Shown piece by piece: positions 49,670-58,910 of a DNA stretch of 64,000 bases (positions within the stretch are counted from its first letter, which is position 1; the number at the start of each line of letters is the position of its first letter). The position numbers were made by a program, and so were the translations under genes. Below the pieces are notes generated by a model. It did no database searches, was not told the DNA's origin, and was given only the letters and a program-made list of their open reading frames with translations. Location: assembly GCA_963826785.1 (NCBI GenBank), contig CAWGYD010000001.1, positions 448,001 to 512,000 of the forward strand. The letters are read 5' to 3'. Origin of the DNA: an uncultured delta proteobacterium. Its GTDB lineage: Bacteria; Desulfobacterota; Desulfobacteria; Desulfobacterales; Desulfosalsimonadaceae.

Positions 49670-51250
49670 ATGAATATGCGGTTAAAAACAGGCTTGCGCC
49701 TCTGGTTTTGCATACTGGTCCTCGGATTGTTTGTATCCCGGGCTTCTGCTGTCGGCGGTGAAAACCCCGATGCCGGCCAAAAGCCTTTTGGTTTCGATGA
49801 CGTGATCAAGATTGCCGCCGGGATGTCGAAAGCGCCATTTGATCCGCCCGGCAACACCGTCCCCCAGTTTCTCCTGGACATGAGCTATGACCAGTGGCGG
49901 GATATCCGTTTCAAGACGGAAAACAGCCTGTGGCGGAAGGAAAACCTCCCCTTTGAAATCCAGTTCTTCCATCCCGGCGCATTCTACACTCACCCGGTGG
50001 ACATCCGGGTGATCGACGGAAAGGATGTAAAACCGGTCGCCTTTTCACCGGACCTGTTCAACTACGGACAGAACCCGTTTAAGGACAAGGTCCCGCAAGA
50101 CCTCGGATTCGCCGGTTTCCGGATTCACTATAACATCAACAATCCCGGGTACAAGGACGAGGTCGCCGTTTTCCTCGGGGCCACCTATTTCCGGGCGGTG
50201 GCCCGGGATCAGCAGTACGGGCTTTCGGCAAGGGGGCTGGCGCTAAATACCGGCCAGGATTCCGGGGAGGAATTTCCCGTGTTCAAATCCTTCTGGCTGG
50301 TCAGGCCGGATGCGAAGGCCGACCGACTGGCCCTGTATGCGCTGCTCGACTCCAAGAGCTACACGGGTGCGTATGCGTTCGTCATCCGGCCCGGGGAGAA
50401 AACCGTCTTTTCGGTCGATTCCCGCCTGTTTCAGCGGCAGCCGGTGAAAAAAATCGGGATCGCGCCGCTCACCTCCATGTTTTATTACGGAGAGAACACC
50501 GCCGTCCGTCCGGCGGATGATTTCCGGCCCGAAGTCCATGATTCCGACGGGCTGCTGATCGCGCTGTCCTCCGGGGAATGGATCTGGCAGCCCCTTCAGA
50601 ATCCCGAGACGCTGTCCCTGTCGATCTTCGAGGCCCCGAACCCCGCTGGATTCGGCCTGCTCCAGCGCGATCTCAAATTCGACCACTACCAGGACCTCGA
50701 ATCCCGCTACGACAAGCGGCCCAGCGCCTGGATCGTCCCGAAGAAAGGCGACTGGGGCAGCGGACACGTGGAACTGGTGATGATTCCGTCCGACAGCGAG
50801 GTCAACGACAACATCGTGGCGTTCTGGGTGCCGGACGTGCCGGCGGAAAAAAAGGAACTGTCCTTTTCCTATGATATCACCTGGTATTCCCCTTCGGGCA
50901 GCCCGCACGGCGGGGGAGTCGTGATCGGCACCTACTGCGCGCGCAAGGACAACCAGGACGCGACGTTTCTGATCGATTTTGCAGGCGGCCGGCTCCGGGA
51001 ACTCGATTCCGAGGCACACCCCGAGGCGGTGGTTGCCGCGGGGGATTCGGCGGGCATCTCCGATCAGCGGGTCCAGAGGAATCCGTTTATCAATGGGTGG
51101 CGACTGGTGTTCAACCTGCACGACGACAACGCGCAGAATGCGCTGGAGAAAGTCCTCCCCGGCAAGGCCGAGCCGGTGGATCTGAGGGCGTTCATGCGCC
51201 TGGAAGACGATGTGCTGACCGAGACCTGGGTCTACACGTTCTTCCCCTGA
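49670..51250 (+). CDS. opgG: Periplasmic glucan biosynthesis protein G
   Basis: Signal peptide, YDQWRDIRF, FLGATYFRA, YGLSARGLA, RPEVHDSDGL, DNIVAFWVP. Confidence 0.93.
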   Translation: MNMRLKTGLRLWFCILVLGLFVSRASAVGGENPDAGQKPFGFDDVIKIAAGMSKAPFDPPGNTVPQFLLDMSYDQWRDIRFKTENSLWRKENLPFEIQFFHPGAFYTHPVDIRVIDGKDVKPVAFSPDLFNYGQNPFKDKVPQDLGFAGFRIHYNINNPGYKDEVAVFLGATYFRAVARDQQYGLSARGLALNTGQDSGEEFPVFKSFWLVRPDAKADRLALYALLDSKSYTGAYAFVIRPGEKTVFSVDSRLFQRQPVKKIGIAPLTSMFYYGENTAVRPADDFRPEVHDSDGLLIALSSGEWIWQPLQNPETLSLSIFEAPNPAGFGLLQRDLKFDHYQDLESRYDKRPSAWIVPKKGDWGSGHVELVMIPSDSEVNDNIVAFWVPDVPAEKKELSFSYDITWYSPSGSPHGGGVVIGTYCARKDNQDATFLIDFAGGRLRELDSEAHPEAVVAAGDSAGISDQRVQRNPFINGWRLVFNLHDDNAQNALEKVLPGKAEPVDLRAFMRLEDDVLTETWVYTFFP

Positions 51251-51265
51251 CACCCTGACACGTTG

Positions 51266-51715
51266 ATGGTAATAATGAACCCTGCAATCATCGACCACGG
51301 CAGCGGCTCCGGATCCCGCGACGGCCGTCTGAAGATGGCCCGCAACCGGATGCTGATCTACATGGATGCGCTGGACATGGATCCGGTGGAGGCGGCCGAA
51401 ATGACCCGGCAGGTTCTGGAAAATACCCGGGGCCGCATGGCAGCCGATCCCCGCGTGGAGCCGGTTTCGCTTGCCATGCAGTCCCTGCGCCAAATCCTTG
51501 CCGGAAAAAACCGGATCGATCCGGTTGGCCGGATGGTCCGGATCACTGAAATGGTTTTTCTTCCGCCCACGCCGCCCCTCAACATCGGCCACATGGTTCC
51601 CCAGAAGCTGGAGAGGAAACTGTTTTCCCGCACCGCCGCATCCGTGCGCCTCCGCTGGATCCTTTTCTATACGGGATTTCTGCTCCTGCTGGCCGCGATT
51701 TACAGCCTGATCTGA
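51266..51715 (+). CDS. Small protein resembling the N-terminal cytoplasmic domain of OpgH, with its own C-terminal TM
   Basis: Lies between opgG and opgH; YMDALDM and PPTPPLNIGHMVP motifs. Confidence 0.6.
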   Translation: MVIMNPAIIDHGSGSGSRDGRLKMARNRMLIYMDALDMDPVEAAEMTRQVLENTRGRMAADPRVEPVSLAMQSLRQILAGKNRIDPVGRMVRITEMVFLPPTPPLNIGHMVPQKLERKLFSRTAASVRLRWILFYTGFLLLLAAIYSLI

Positions 51716-51729
51716 AAGCATACAGCGAC

Positions 51730-53847
51730 ATGGAAACCGATGATCTGAGCAGAAAATGGAGACGCAGGGCCAATACGCGCCGCCTGGCCCTATTGATACT
51801 GATCCTCCTGCCGACCTGCATCGCCACCGGGTACATGGCCTATGTCCTTCCCCAAAACGGGCCCCCGATCATCAACGGCGCCGTGCTTTTCATGTTTGCC
51901 ATACTCTACGCGTGGATCGCGGTGGGTTTCTGGACGGCCATGGCCGGATGGATGGTGCTGATGAAAGGCCTCGATAAATGGTCCATTTCATGGATATGCC
52001 GGGAGGGGCAAGGCGCCCCGGTTTCCCGGGATTTCAGGACCGCGGTGATCATGCCGATCTGCAATGAGGATGTAAACCAGGTGACCGCCGGAATATCGGC
52101 GGCGGTGCAATCGCTTGCGGCCACCGGCCGGGGGGACGCGTTTGACATCTTCATCCTGAGCGACCCCGGTGATCCGGACATCTGGGTCCGGGAGGAGATC
52201 GGGTGGGCGGAGCTCAAATACCGCCATAGAGAGGATCCGGTCCATATCTATTACCGCCGCCGCCGGAACAATGCCAAGCGCAAGAGCGGCAACGTGGCCG
52301 ATTTCTGCCGCCGCTGGGGCAAAAACTACCGCTACCTCATCGTACTGGATGCCGACAGCATCATGTCCGGCAAAACCATGGTGGAAATGGTGAGGATGAT
52401 GGAGTGCCGCCCCCGGATCGGCATCCTGCAGACCGCACCGCAGCCGGTCAACCGGCAGACCCTGGTAGCGCGGACCCAGCAGTTTGCCGGCAGCGTCTAC
52501 GGCCCCATGTTCGCCGCGGGGCTGAATTTCTGGCTGCTGGGGGATTCCCAGTTCTGGGGGCACAATGCCATCATCCGGGTGGAGCCGTTCATGACCCACT
52601 GCGCGCTGCCCCGGCTGTCCGGCAGACCGCCGCTGGGCGGCGATATCCTGAGCCATGATTTCGTGGAGTCCGCCCTCATGCGGCGATCCGGATACGAGGT
52701 CTGGATGGGCTACGACCTGGAAGGATCGTTCGAGGAGCCGCCGCCCACGCTACTGGAGGAACTCAAGCGGGACCGGCGGTGGTGCCAGGGAAACCTCCAG
52801 CATCTTCGCCTGCTCTTTACCCGGGGAATCCAGGGGGCCCACCGGGCGCTGTTTTTAAACGGGGCACTGGCGTATGGCTCGGCCCTGCTGTGGTTCCTGT
52901 TCCTGGCGGCGAGCACCGCGCTTGCCGCTGCCCGGAACCTGCGGGAACCGGATTACTTCCCCTCCGGGCGGAGCCTGTTTCCCAGCTGGCCGGTCTGGGA
53001 ACCCCAGTGGGCGCTGGTGCTGCTGGCGTCCACGGCGATCCTGCTTTTTCTTCCCAAGCTGTGCGGTTTCCTTTACATCCGGTTCAAGAAGAAACAGGTG
53101 CATCTGTACGGGGGGAGCTGGCGGCTGGCGGCCGGCATCCTGCTGGAAATCGTCATCTCCACTTTGCTGGCGCCGACGCGGATGCTGTTTCATGCCCGGT
53201 TCGTATTCCTGACCCTGGTGGGCCGCCAGATTTCATGGGAAGCCCAGCAGAGGGCGGATGTGGGGACTTCCTGGGGCGAGGCCCTGAAATTTCACTGGGG
53301 GGAGACGGTTTTCGCAATGGTCTGGGGAGGCGGCCTGTATATGGTCAACCGCTCGTTTTTCTGGTGGATCTCCCCGATCCTGATTTCCCTGGCCCTTTCC
53401 ATCCCCCTGTCCGTTTGGCTGAGCCAAAAAAGCGCCGGGCTTGGGTTTCGGAGGGCAGGCCTGCTCGTGATCCCCGAAGAAGCAGCCGTGCAGGCGCCGC
53501 TTTCCCCGTCGAACCGGCAGGTGCCGGAAGACCGGGACATATTCCGTCCTCTGCCCGGCCAGTCCGAGGCAGCCGGCTTTATCCGGGCCGTCGTGGATCC
53601 CGGTGCCTATTCCCTGCACCTGGGGATGTCCCCCGGGGGGCGGCACCATGCCGGCAGGTCGTCCGTCTACCGGAAGCACCTGGGGGACAAGGCGCTGCTC
53701 AAGGGGCCCCAGTCGCTCAGCGCATCGGAAAAGGGCGAAATCCTCTCCGATCCGGCCCTGTTGTCGGCCCTGCACCGGAAGGTATGGGAACTGTCCGACC
53801 CCGAGAGTATCCGTTCCTGGCAGTTGGGCCCGGATCTGACCTTCTGA
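51730..53847 (+). CDS. opgH: Glucans biosynthesis glucosyltransferase H
   Basis: MPICNED, RKSGNVADFCRRWG, VLDADS, WGHNAIIR, LSHDFVE, RDRRWCQGNLQH. Confidence 0.95.
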   Translation: METDDLSRKWRRRANTRRLALLILILLPTCIATGYMAYVLPQNGPPIINGAVLFMFAILYAWIAVGFWTAMAGWMVLMKGLDKWSISWICREGQGAPVSRDFRTAVIMPICNEDVNQVTAGISAAVQSLAATGRGDAFDIFILSDPGDPDIWVREEIGWAELKYRHREDPVHIYYRRRRNNAKRKSGNVADFCRRWGKNYRYLIVLDADSIMSGKTMVEMVRMMECRPRIGILQTAPQPVNRQTLVARTQQFAGSVYGPMFAAGLNFWLLGDSQFWGHNAIIRVEPFMTHCALPRLSGRPPLGGDILSHDFVESALMRRSGYEVWMGYDLEGSFEEPPPTLLEELKRDRRWCQGNLQHLRLLFTRGIQGAHRALFLNGALAYGSALLWFLFLAASTALAAARNLREPDYFPSGRSLFPSWPVWEPQWALVLLASTAILLFLPKLCGFLYIRFKKKQVHLYGGSWRLAAGILLEIVISTLLAPTRMLFHARFVFLTLVGRQISWEAQQRADVGTSWGEALKFHWGETVFAMVWGGGLYMVNRSFFWWISPILISLALSIPLSVWLSQKSAGLGFRRAGLLVIPEEAAVQAPLSPSNRQVPEDRDIFRPLPGQSEAAGFIRAVVDPGAYSLHLGMSPGGRHHAGRSSVYRKHLGDKALLKGPQSLSASEKGEILSDPALLSALHRKVWELSDPESIRSWQLGPDLTF

Positions 53848-53895
53848 TCAGGCGCGTGTTTGCCTTGTTATGCCATGCTTCCTTTCTTCAGGGAG

Positions 53896-54232
53896 ACACC
53901 CCTCTGGCCGCCCTCAAGGAAGAACACCCCCCTGACCCCCCTCAAGGTGGGAACACCCCCCTGACCCCCCTCAAGGGGGGAATCGTATAGCGTGAAGAAT
54001 CCACGGGCCACGGGCCACCCTTCTTCCGGGATACATATAAAAAGGCGATTCCCTCCATTGTCACAGAGCGGCGGTACAATACTCCCAGGTTATTACAGAG
54101 CATGCGGGGCAGCATAGTGATCCCAGGTTATTCCGGAGCGAGAGCGGCAGCACTATGAATTCCCAGTAATTGCAAAGCATCGGATTCCTATCAAATACAA
54201 TTCCCCCCTTGAGGGGGGGCCAGGGGGGTGTT
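53896..54232. repeat. Family A REP cluster: three tandem REPs, an internal ~38-40-bp tandem repeat, and an inverted REP
   Basis: REP units at 53896, 53924, 53953; tcccag(g) units at 54083, 54121, 54161; reverse REP at 54199-54232. Confidence 0.75.
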
Positions 54233-54276
54233 CCGGCCGGGTTATCCGGCCGGAAAATATCAATATATCAATACCT

Positions 54277-55272
54277 TTACTGCTGCTGATTTTGCCCCTG
54301 GTTGGGGTGCCGGCCGGTTCCCTGGTTCTGCTGGTTTTGATCTCCCTGGCCCTGCTGCCCCTGCTGGTTCTGGTTCTGCCCCCCGCTCCATGGCCAGGAA
54401 CCACCGCCCTGGTTTGTTCCCTGGCTGTTCTGGTTCTGTCCTTCATTGCCATAGTAGCCCCGGGCATGGTCCGGATAACCCCCGGGTTGGCCCTGCTGGT
54501 TCTGGCTGTTCCATGGGTAGTAGGCGCCGTTCTGGTTGTCCTGCTGCGGGTAGTGCCCCTGGTTGAAGGCGTTCTGCCCGTATCCCGTATTCTGCTGATC
54601 TTGATCCCCGTAGTAGCCGCGGGTCTGGTTTGGATAACCCTGCCCGTTTGTTTGCTGCGGGTCTTCATCGTGTCCGCCGGACCATGGCCGGAACCCGTCA
54701 TTCTGATTGTCCTGACCATTCTGATTATTCTGATCATTCTGCTTCAGATACCAGCCCTGCTGGTAGGGGTAGCGGCCGTTTCCCTGGCCCTGCGGGGGAT
54801 CCTGATCGCCATAGTATCCACGGGGCTGATCCTGGTCGCGATGTTGGTTTTCGTCATACCCGCGGTTGGAATTCTCATTGCCGTAATACCCGCGATTGTG
54901 CTCCCGGTATTCCCGCCCTTCCTGCTCCTGCCGGTTCCGGTTTCCTTCGCCGTTCCAGGGCCAGAAGCCCTGATCGCCGCGATTTTGGTATTCCCCCTGT
55001 TCATTCCGGTTCTGCTGGTTTCGATCCCCGTAATACTGGTAATAATATCCCCGGGGCCGCTCTTGTTCCTGTTCCTGCCCATTCCAGGTCGGCTGCCAGA
55101 ATCCTCCATTCTGGTCGTTCCGGTCCTGGTCATCCACCTGCTGAAACCGGCCCTGTCCGGCATCCGGATTCCCGTTTTGCTGCGAAACAGCCGGACCTGC
55201 CGTAAAGCAGATGATAAAGCCCCCGGTGATCGCCGCAGTGATTGCCTTTATACGCGTAGATGTTTTCATCAT
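54277..55272 (-). CDS. Secreted Q/N/G-rich low-complexity protein with repeated RGYY(G) and aromatic-P-W motifs
   Basis: AAGGAGG RBS; Sec signal peptide ending AVS; mature region almost devoid of aliphatic residues. Confidence 0.8.
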   Translation of the reverse strand: MMKTSTRIKAITAAITGGFIICFTAGPAVSQQNGNPDAGQGRFQQVDDQDRNDQNGGFWQPTWNGQEQEQERPRGYYYQYYGDRNQQNRNEQGEYQNRGDQGFWPWNGEGNRNRQEQEGREYREHNRGYYGNENSNRGYDENQHRDQDQPRGYYGDQDPPQGQGNGRYPYQQGWYLKQNDQNNQNGQDNQNDGFRPWSGGHDEDPQQTNGQGYPNQTRGYYGDQDQQNTGYGQNAFNQGHYPQQDNQNGAYYPWNSQNQQGQPGGYPDHARGYYGNEGQNQNSQGTNQGGGSWPWSGGQNQNQQGQQGQGDQNQQNQGTGRHPNQGQNQQQ

Positions 55273-55511
55273 TTCCTCCTTGTGGTTAGGTTTGCCTCAC
55301 TTTTTCTGAAGAGACCTTCAAACATTTCCTAATCTTAACCACCGAAGTTTTAAAGCGTATGGGTTGATGCGGGTATTTGCAGCAAAGAAGGCAATGTATA
55401 TCACTGATGGGCCGTTATGGGCGCACTTGCCCGGCGCGGTTTGCCCCCTTCGGCAAAGACTTCCGGGAAGCAGGCGATGTCGCGGGAGTCACAGGGGATC
55501 GATCCCGTCCG

Positions 55512-56435
55512 TCATTTACGGGAATGTGGCAATCCTGCGGTTGCCGGGGGAGATTTCGCATTGCCGCCGGTAAGCACGGGACGGGCCCTGGCGCTCTTGA
55601 TGGACGGCGTTTTTTCCTCTCCGCCGGCGCCGGCCGCCAGAATCCGGGCGATAGCAATGAAGACTTCGGGGGCGAATATGAGGCCGAAATGCGTGGTCTG
55701 GACTTCCACGTGATGGATTTGTTTATTGACCTGGTCGATGCAGGCCTCCCAGGCCACAATATGGTCATTCCGGGAATATATGGCGGTAACCGGGATGGTG
55801 AGCGGGTTTTTATCGCGGGCCTCCACCTGTTTTTCAACCTCGTCGAGATCGTACCCCCGCTTTTGAAATTCCGTCGCAATCGCGGTGTATTTCGGACCCC
55901 CCACCACCGGGCTGCCCAGGGTAATCACCTGGCTGATGTATTTCGGCGTTTCCCGGGCGATTTCCCGTGCCAGGTAGCCGCCCAGGCTCCAGCCGATCAG
56001 GATCAGCCGGTGTTTGCCATGATCGGATTCATCCCCCACCATTTTGATCAGCGCGGAGGCCACCGCCGGCACTTTTCCATTGTTGACCCCCATGCCCCAG
56101 CCGATGGGATGGTATCCTAAAAATTTCAGGTACAGCCGGAGCAGGTAGGTGAATTTGTCATCCGTGCTGTAGCCCGGAATCACCAGGATCTTCTGTCCGC
56201 TTCCCCGGGGCTGGCGCGCCAGTTCCGGAAATCTCAGCACCAGTTTGGGCAGCTCGAACAGCGCCAGCATCTCCCGGAACAAACCCAGGCGTGACGGCGG
56301 GAGGATGTTCGAGATGGCATCCGCCGTATCGATTTCAAACGGCAACTCCGATTCGAACTGTTCGGGGCCGTCATCCGCCGGGGTAGAAGCCGTCTTTCCG
56401 GACAGCCCTTTGACAAAATCGGGTATGAATTTCAT
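55512..56435 (-). CDS. Alpha/beta hydrolase (esterase/lipase-like)
   Basis: LVIPGY, IGWSLGG nucleophile elbow, ITLGSP, YSRNDHIV, THFGL. Confidence 0.85.
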   Translation of the reverse strand: MKFIPDFVKGLSGKTASTPADDGPEQFESELPFEIDTADAISNILPPSRLGLFREMLALFELPKLVLRFPELARQPRGSGQKILVIPGYSTDDKFTYLLRLYLKFLGYHPIGWGMGVNNGKVPAVASALIKMVGDESDHGKHRLILIGWSLGGYLAREIARETPKYISQVITLGSPVVGGPKYTAIATEFQKRGYDLDEVEKQVEARDKNPLTIPVTAIYSRNDHIVAWEACIDQVNKQIHHVEVQTTHFGLIFAPEVFIAIARILAAGAGGEEKTPSIKSARARPVLTGGNAKSPPATAGLPHSRK

Positions 56436-56491
56436 GCAGATGATCTCTAAGAAGTTTATGGAAAACGGTCTTTTTTCACCGATCTTTTATG

Positions 56492-57186
56492 TCAGTCCAC
56501 CACAAAGGGAATCCGGATTTCCCCGAAATCGCGGCCGTTTTTTGCATCCACCAGGTCTGCACGGTACGTTACCTTAGGTACATCAGTGACTTTTTCGAAG
56601 TAGAGATAACCGTCCAGCATTCCGCCGTTTAAAAGGACGCCTTCGGGAAGGGCCCGGTCGACCATTTCCTTGGTGGGCAGCTGAATTTCCCGCCACTTCC
56701 GGTAATCGGGATTGTCGTAATAGGAATTATACCCGTACATGCCGTTGTAAGGCGACATGCCGGGATACAGCTTTGAGTACATGGGCGCCAGCATGAAACT
56801 TTCGGCACCGAACAGCGGACTGTCAATCGGTCCGTAGGGGGGGACTACCAGGGGTTTCTGGTCCACCTTCACGTCCACCTGGAAAGGGGACAGGGCGGAA
56901 AATCTTTTCCCGTCAGGCGCCACCAGGGCAAACTGGTCATAGGAGATGCGAAGGGGCTTGCCGCTCTGATTTTTGATGATCACCCGCACCGGGGTCAGCT
57001 TCTCCTTTATCTGGGCATATCCGGGCCAATCGGCGGTTTGAACGGTCATTTGAACATTATCAACCGAATTTCTTGCCGCATCTTCCATACCCGTCACTTT
57101 TTCAGCCGATGACGCCGGTTCCAGCCCCTGAGAAGCACAGGCCGCGACAAACATTATCATCATCATAAGGCAAAATATTTCTTCAT
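56492..57186 (-). CDS. Lipoprotein, with a 1-bp deletion in the signal peptide
   Basis: GGAGG RBS then MKK; restoring one A gives MKKIFCLMMMIMFVAAC (lipobox VAAC); LPEGVL...GYLYFE. Confidence 0.7.
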
Positions 57187-57265
57187 GATATAAAACCTCC
57201 CTTTATTCAGATAATTGCTTTTTTTAACTTTTCTGGTTATCCCCGAAGAATCCAGTAATCATTTT

Positions 57266-57355
57266 TCTCCCCCCTTTTGAAAAGGGGGGCGGGGGGGATT
57301 TCTCCCGGGAGGCGCCAAATCCCCCTAAATCCCCCTTTTCCAAAGGGGGACTTTG
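57266..57355. repeat. REP doublet related to family A
   Basis: tctccccccttttgaaaaggggggcgggggggattt...aaatccccctaaatcccccttttccaaagggggactt. Confidence 0.7.
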
Positions 57356-57833
57356 AATCCGGATTTCTGACTGGAGTAGTCCGGAAACCAGATTAGCTTT
57401 TTCCTCATTTACATTAACGGATGACCCCTGATGCGCCAATGGGGTCTGCGGCCCATATGCGGCCGGCCGGGAACGCAATTATTGGATAAAGCCCTGTATT
57501 TCAATTCTCCGCGAAGAGATCAGGTTGGCGGTTTCGTAAAGATCGGTTTTCAAGTCATGCCTGCAAGGCAATGCATCCATAATAAGGCGTCATTTCTGGA
57601 TATAGACCTTCGCGAAGATGGCCCTAGCCAGATTTTTCCGGCTTTTCAAGCCCACATCAAAATTCAAGGCGGTTTTTTTGTTTTCCAACGGGAATCATGT
57701 CCGGGAAAACCCAAAATAAGGTCCTTCCGTTATTTTCCTGCCGGTGACAAAAGCGGATAATGAATGAAAACATTGGAATCTTTGACATCATCGTGGGAAA
57801 CAACCGTTTTATTATCTGCAGCGGTGGGGTTTT

Positions 57834-58826
57834 ATGAACAGGCCGAATCACGATATCATCGTAATGGGTGCCTCATTTGGAGGCATCAAGGCGCTCTCCC
57901 GCCTGGTTTCACGGCTGCCCCCGGATCTTTCTGCCGCAGTTTTCATCGTTCAGCACATGTCTCCCAACGTGGACAGCATCCTGGACCGGATTCTCTCCGA
58001 AAAAGGGTCCTTGCCGGCCGTAAAGGCCGAGGACGGCCGAAAAATCGAGTCGGGTTTGGTTTACGTGGCCCAGCCGAATCATCACCTCATCCTCAACGAA
58101 GCACACATGTCGCTTTCCGCCGGACCCCGGGAAAATAGGGCGCGCCCCTCCATCGACGTGCTCTTTCGGTCCGCGGCCGCCTTTCACACGACACGGGTGA
58201 TCGGGGTCATCCTCACCGGGTACCTGGATGACGGGGTGAACGGACTGCATGCCGTCAAGCGATGCGGGGGGATTGCCGTGGCCCAGGATCCTGCAGAGGC
58301 CGAGGCCCATGAAATGCCCGAAAATGCCATCCGGGATGTGCAGGTGGATCATATTCTCCCGCTGGACCAGATGGCATCCATGCTGCCGATCCTTTCCGGC
58401 CGGCCGGCGGGTGAACCGCTTCCCGTCCCGGAGGACATCATGGAAGAGATCAGAATTTCCGAACAGGCGGTCCCGAACCTGGACAATATGGAAAAACAGG
58501 GGCAAAAAACTTCGTTTACGTGTCCGGAATGCGGCGGTGTTCTATGGAAGGTGGATGAAGAACCGGTTCCCCGGTTCCGCTGCCATACCGGGCATGCCTT
58601 TACCCTGCGGACTTACATGGAAGGTCAGGCCGAAGCGCTTGAAAACTCGCTCTGGGGAGCCGCCCGTTTCATGCGGGCCCGGGTCAAGCGTTTAAAAACC
58701 ATGGCCCGGAAGGAAAGGGAAAAATCCCGCTTCAAGTCGGCCGAAAGTTATGAAAAAACCATGGCGGAACTCTCCAACCATGTCCAGGTGATCCGTCAAT
58801 TCATCATTTCAGGTGTACTGAAATAA
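57834..58826 (+). CDS. cheB: Stand-alone CheB-type methylesterase with C-terminal CxxC/CxxxH domain
   Basis: MGASFGG, VQHM, RPSIDVLFRS, LTGYLDDG; TCPECGG...RFRCHTGH; no receiver domain. Confidence 0.85.
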   Translation: MNRPNHDIIVMGASFGGIKALSRLVSRLPPDLSAAVFIVQHMSPNVDSILDRILSEKGSLPAVKAEDGRKIESGLVYVAQPNHHLILNEAHMSLSAGPRENRARPSIDVLFRSAAAFHTTRVIGVILTGYLDDGVNGLHAVKRCGGIAVAQDPAEAEAHEMPENAIRDVQVDHILPLDQMASMLPILSGRPAGEPLPVPEDIMEEIRISEQAVPNLDNMEKQGQKTSFTCPECGGVLWKVDEEPVPRFRCHTGHAFTLRTYMEGQAEALENSLWGAARFMRARVKRLKTMARKEREKSRFKSAESYEKTMAELSNHVQVIRQFIISGVLK

Positions 58827-58910
58827 GAATTCGAACCCATTGCTTAAAACAGGTCAGGTCGTTTGCTGCGCTGATGTAAGGTGTGTTTCTGAAATTTGAC
58901 GAGGACAGCG

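Noticed and set aside
54292..55332. 346-aa very hydrophobic + strand ORF
   Set aside because: Antisense shadow of the Q/N-rich gene (CAG/AAC codons read as CTG/GTT); the minus-strand ORF has the RBS and signal peptide
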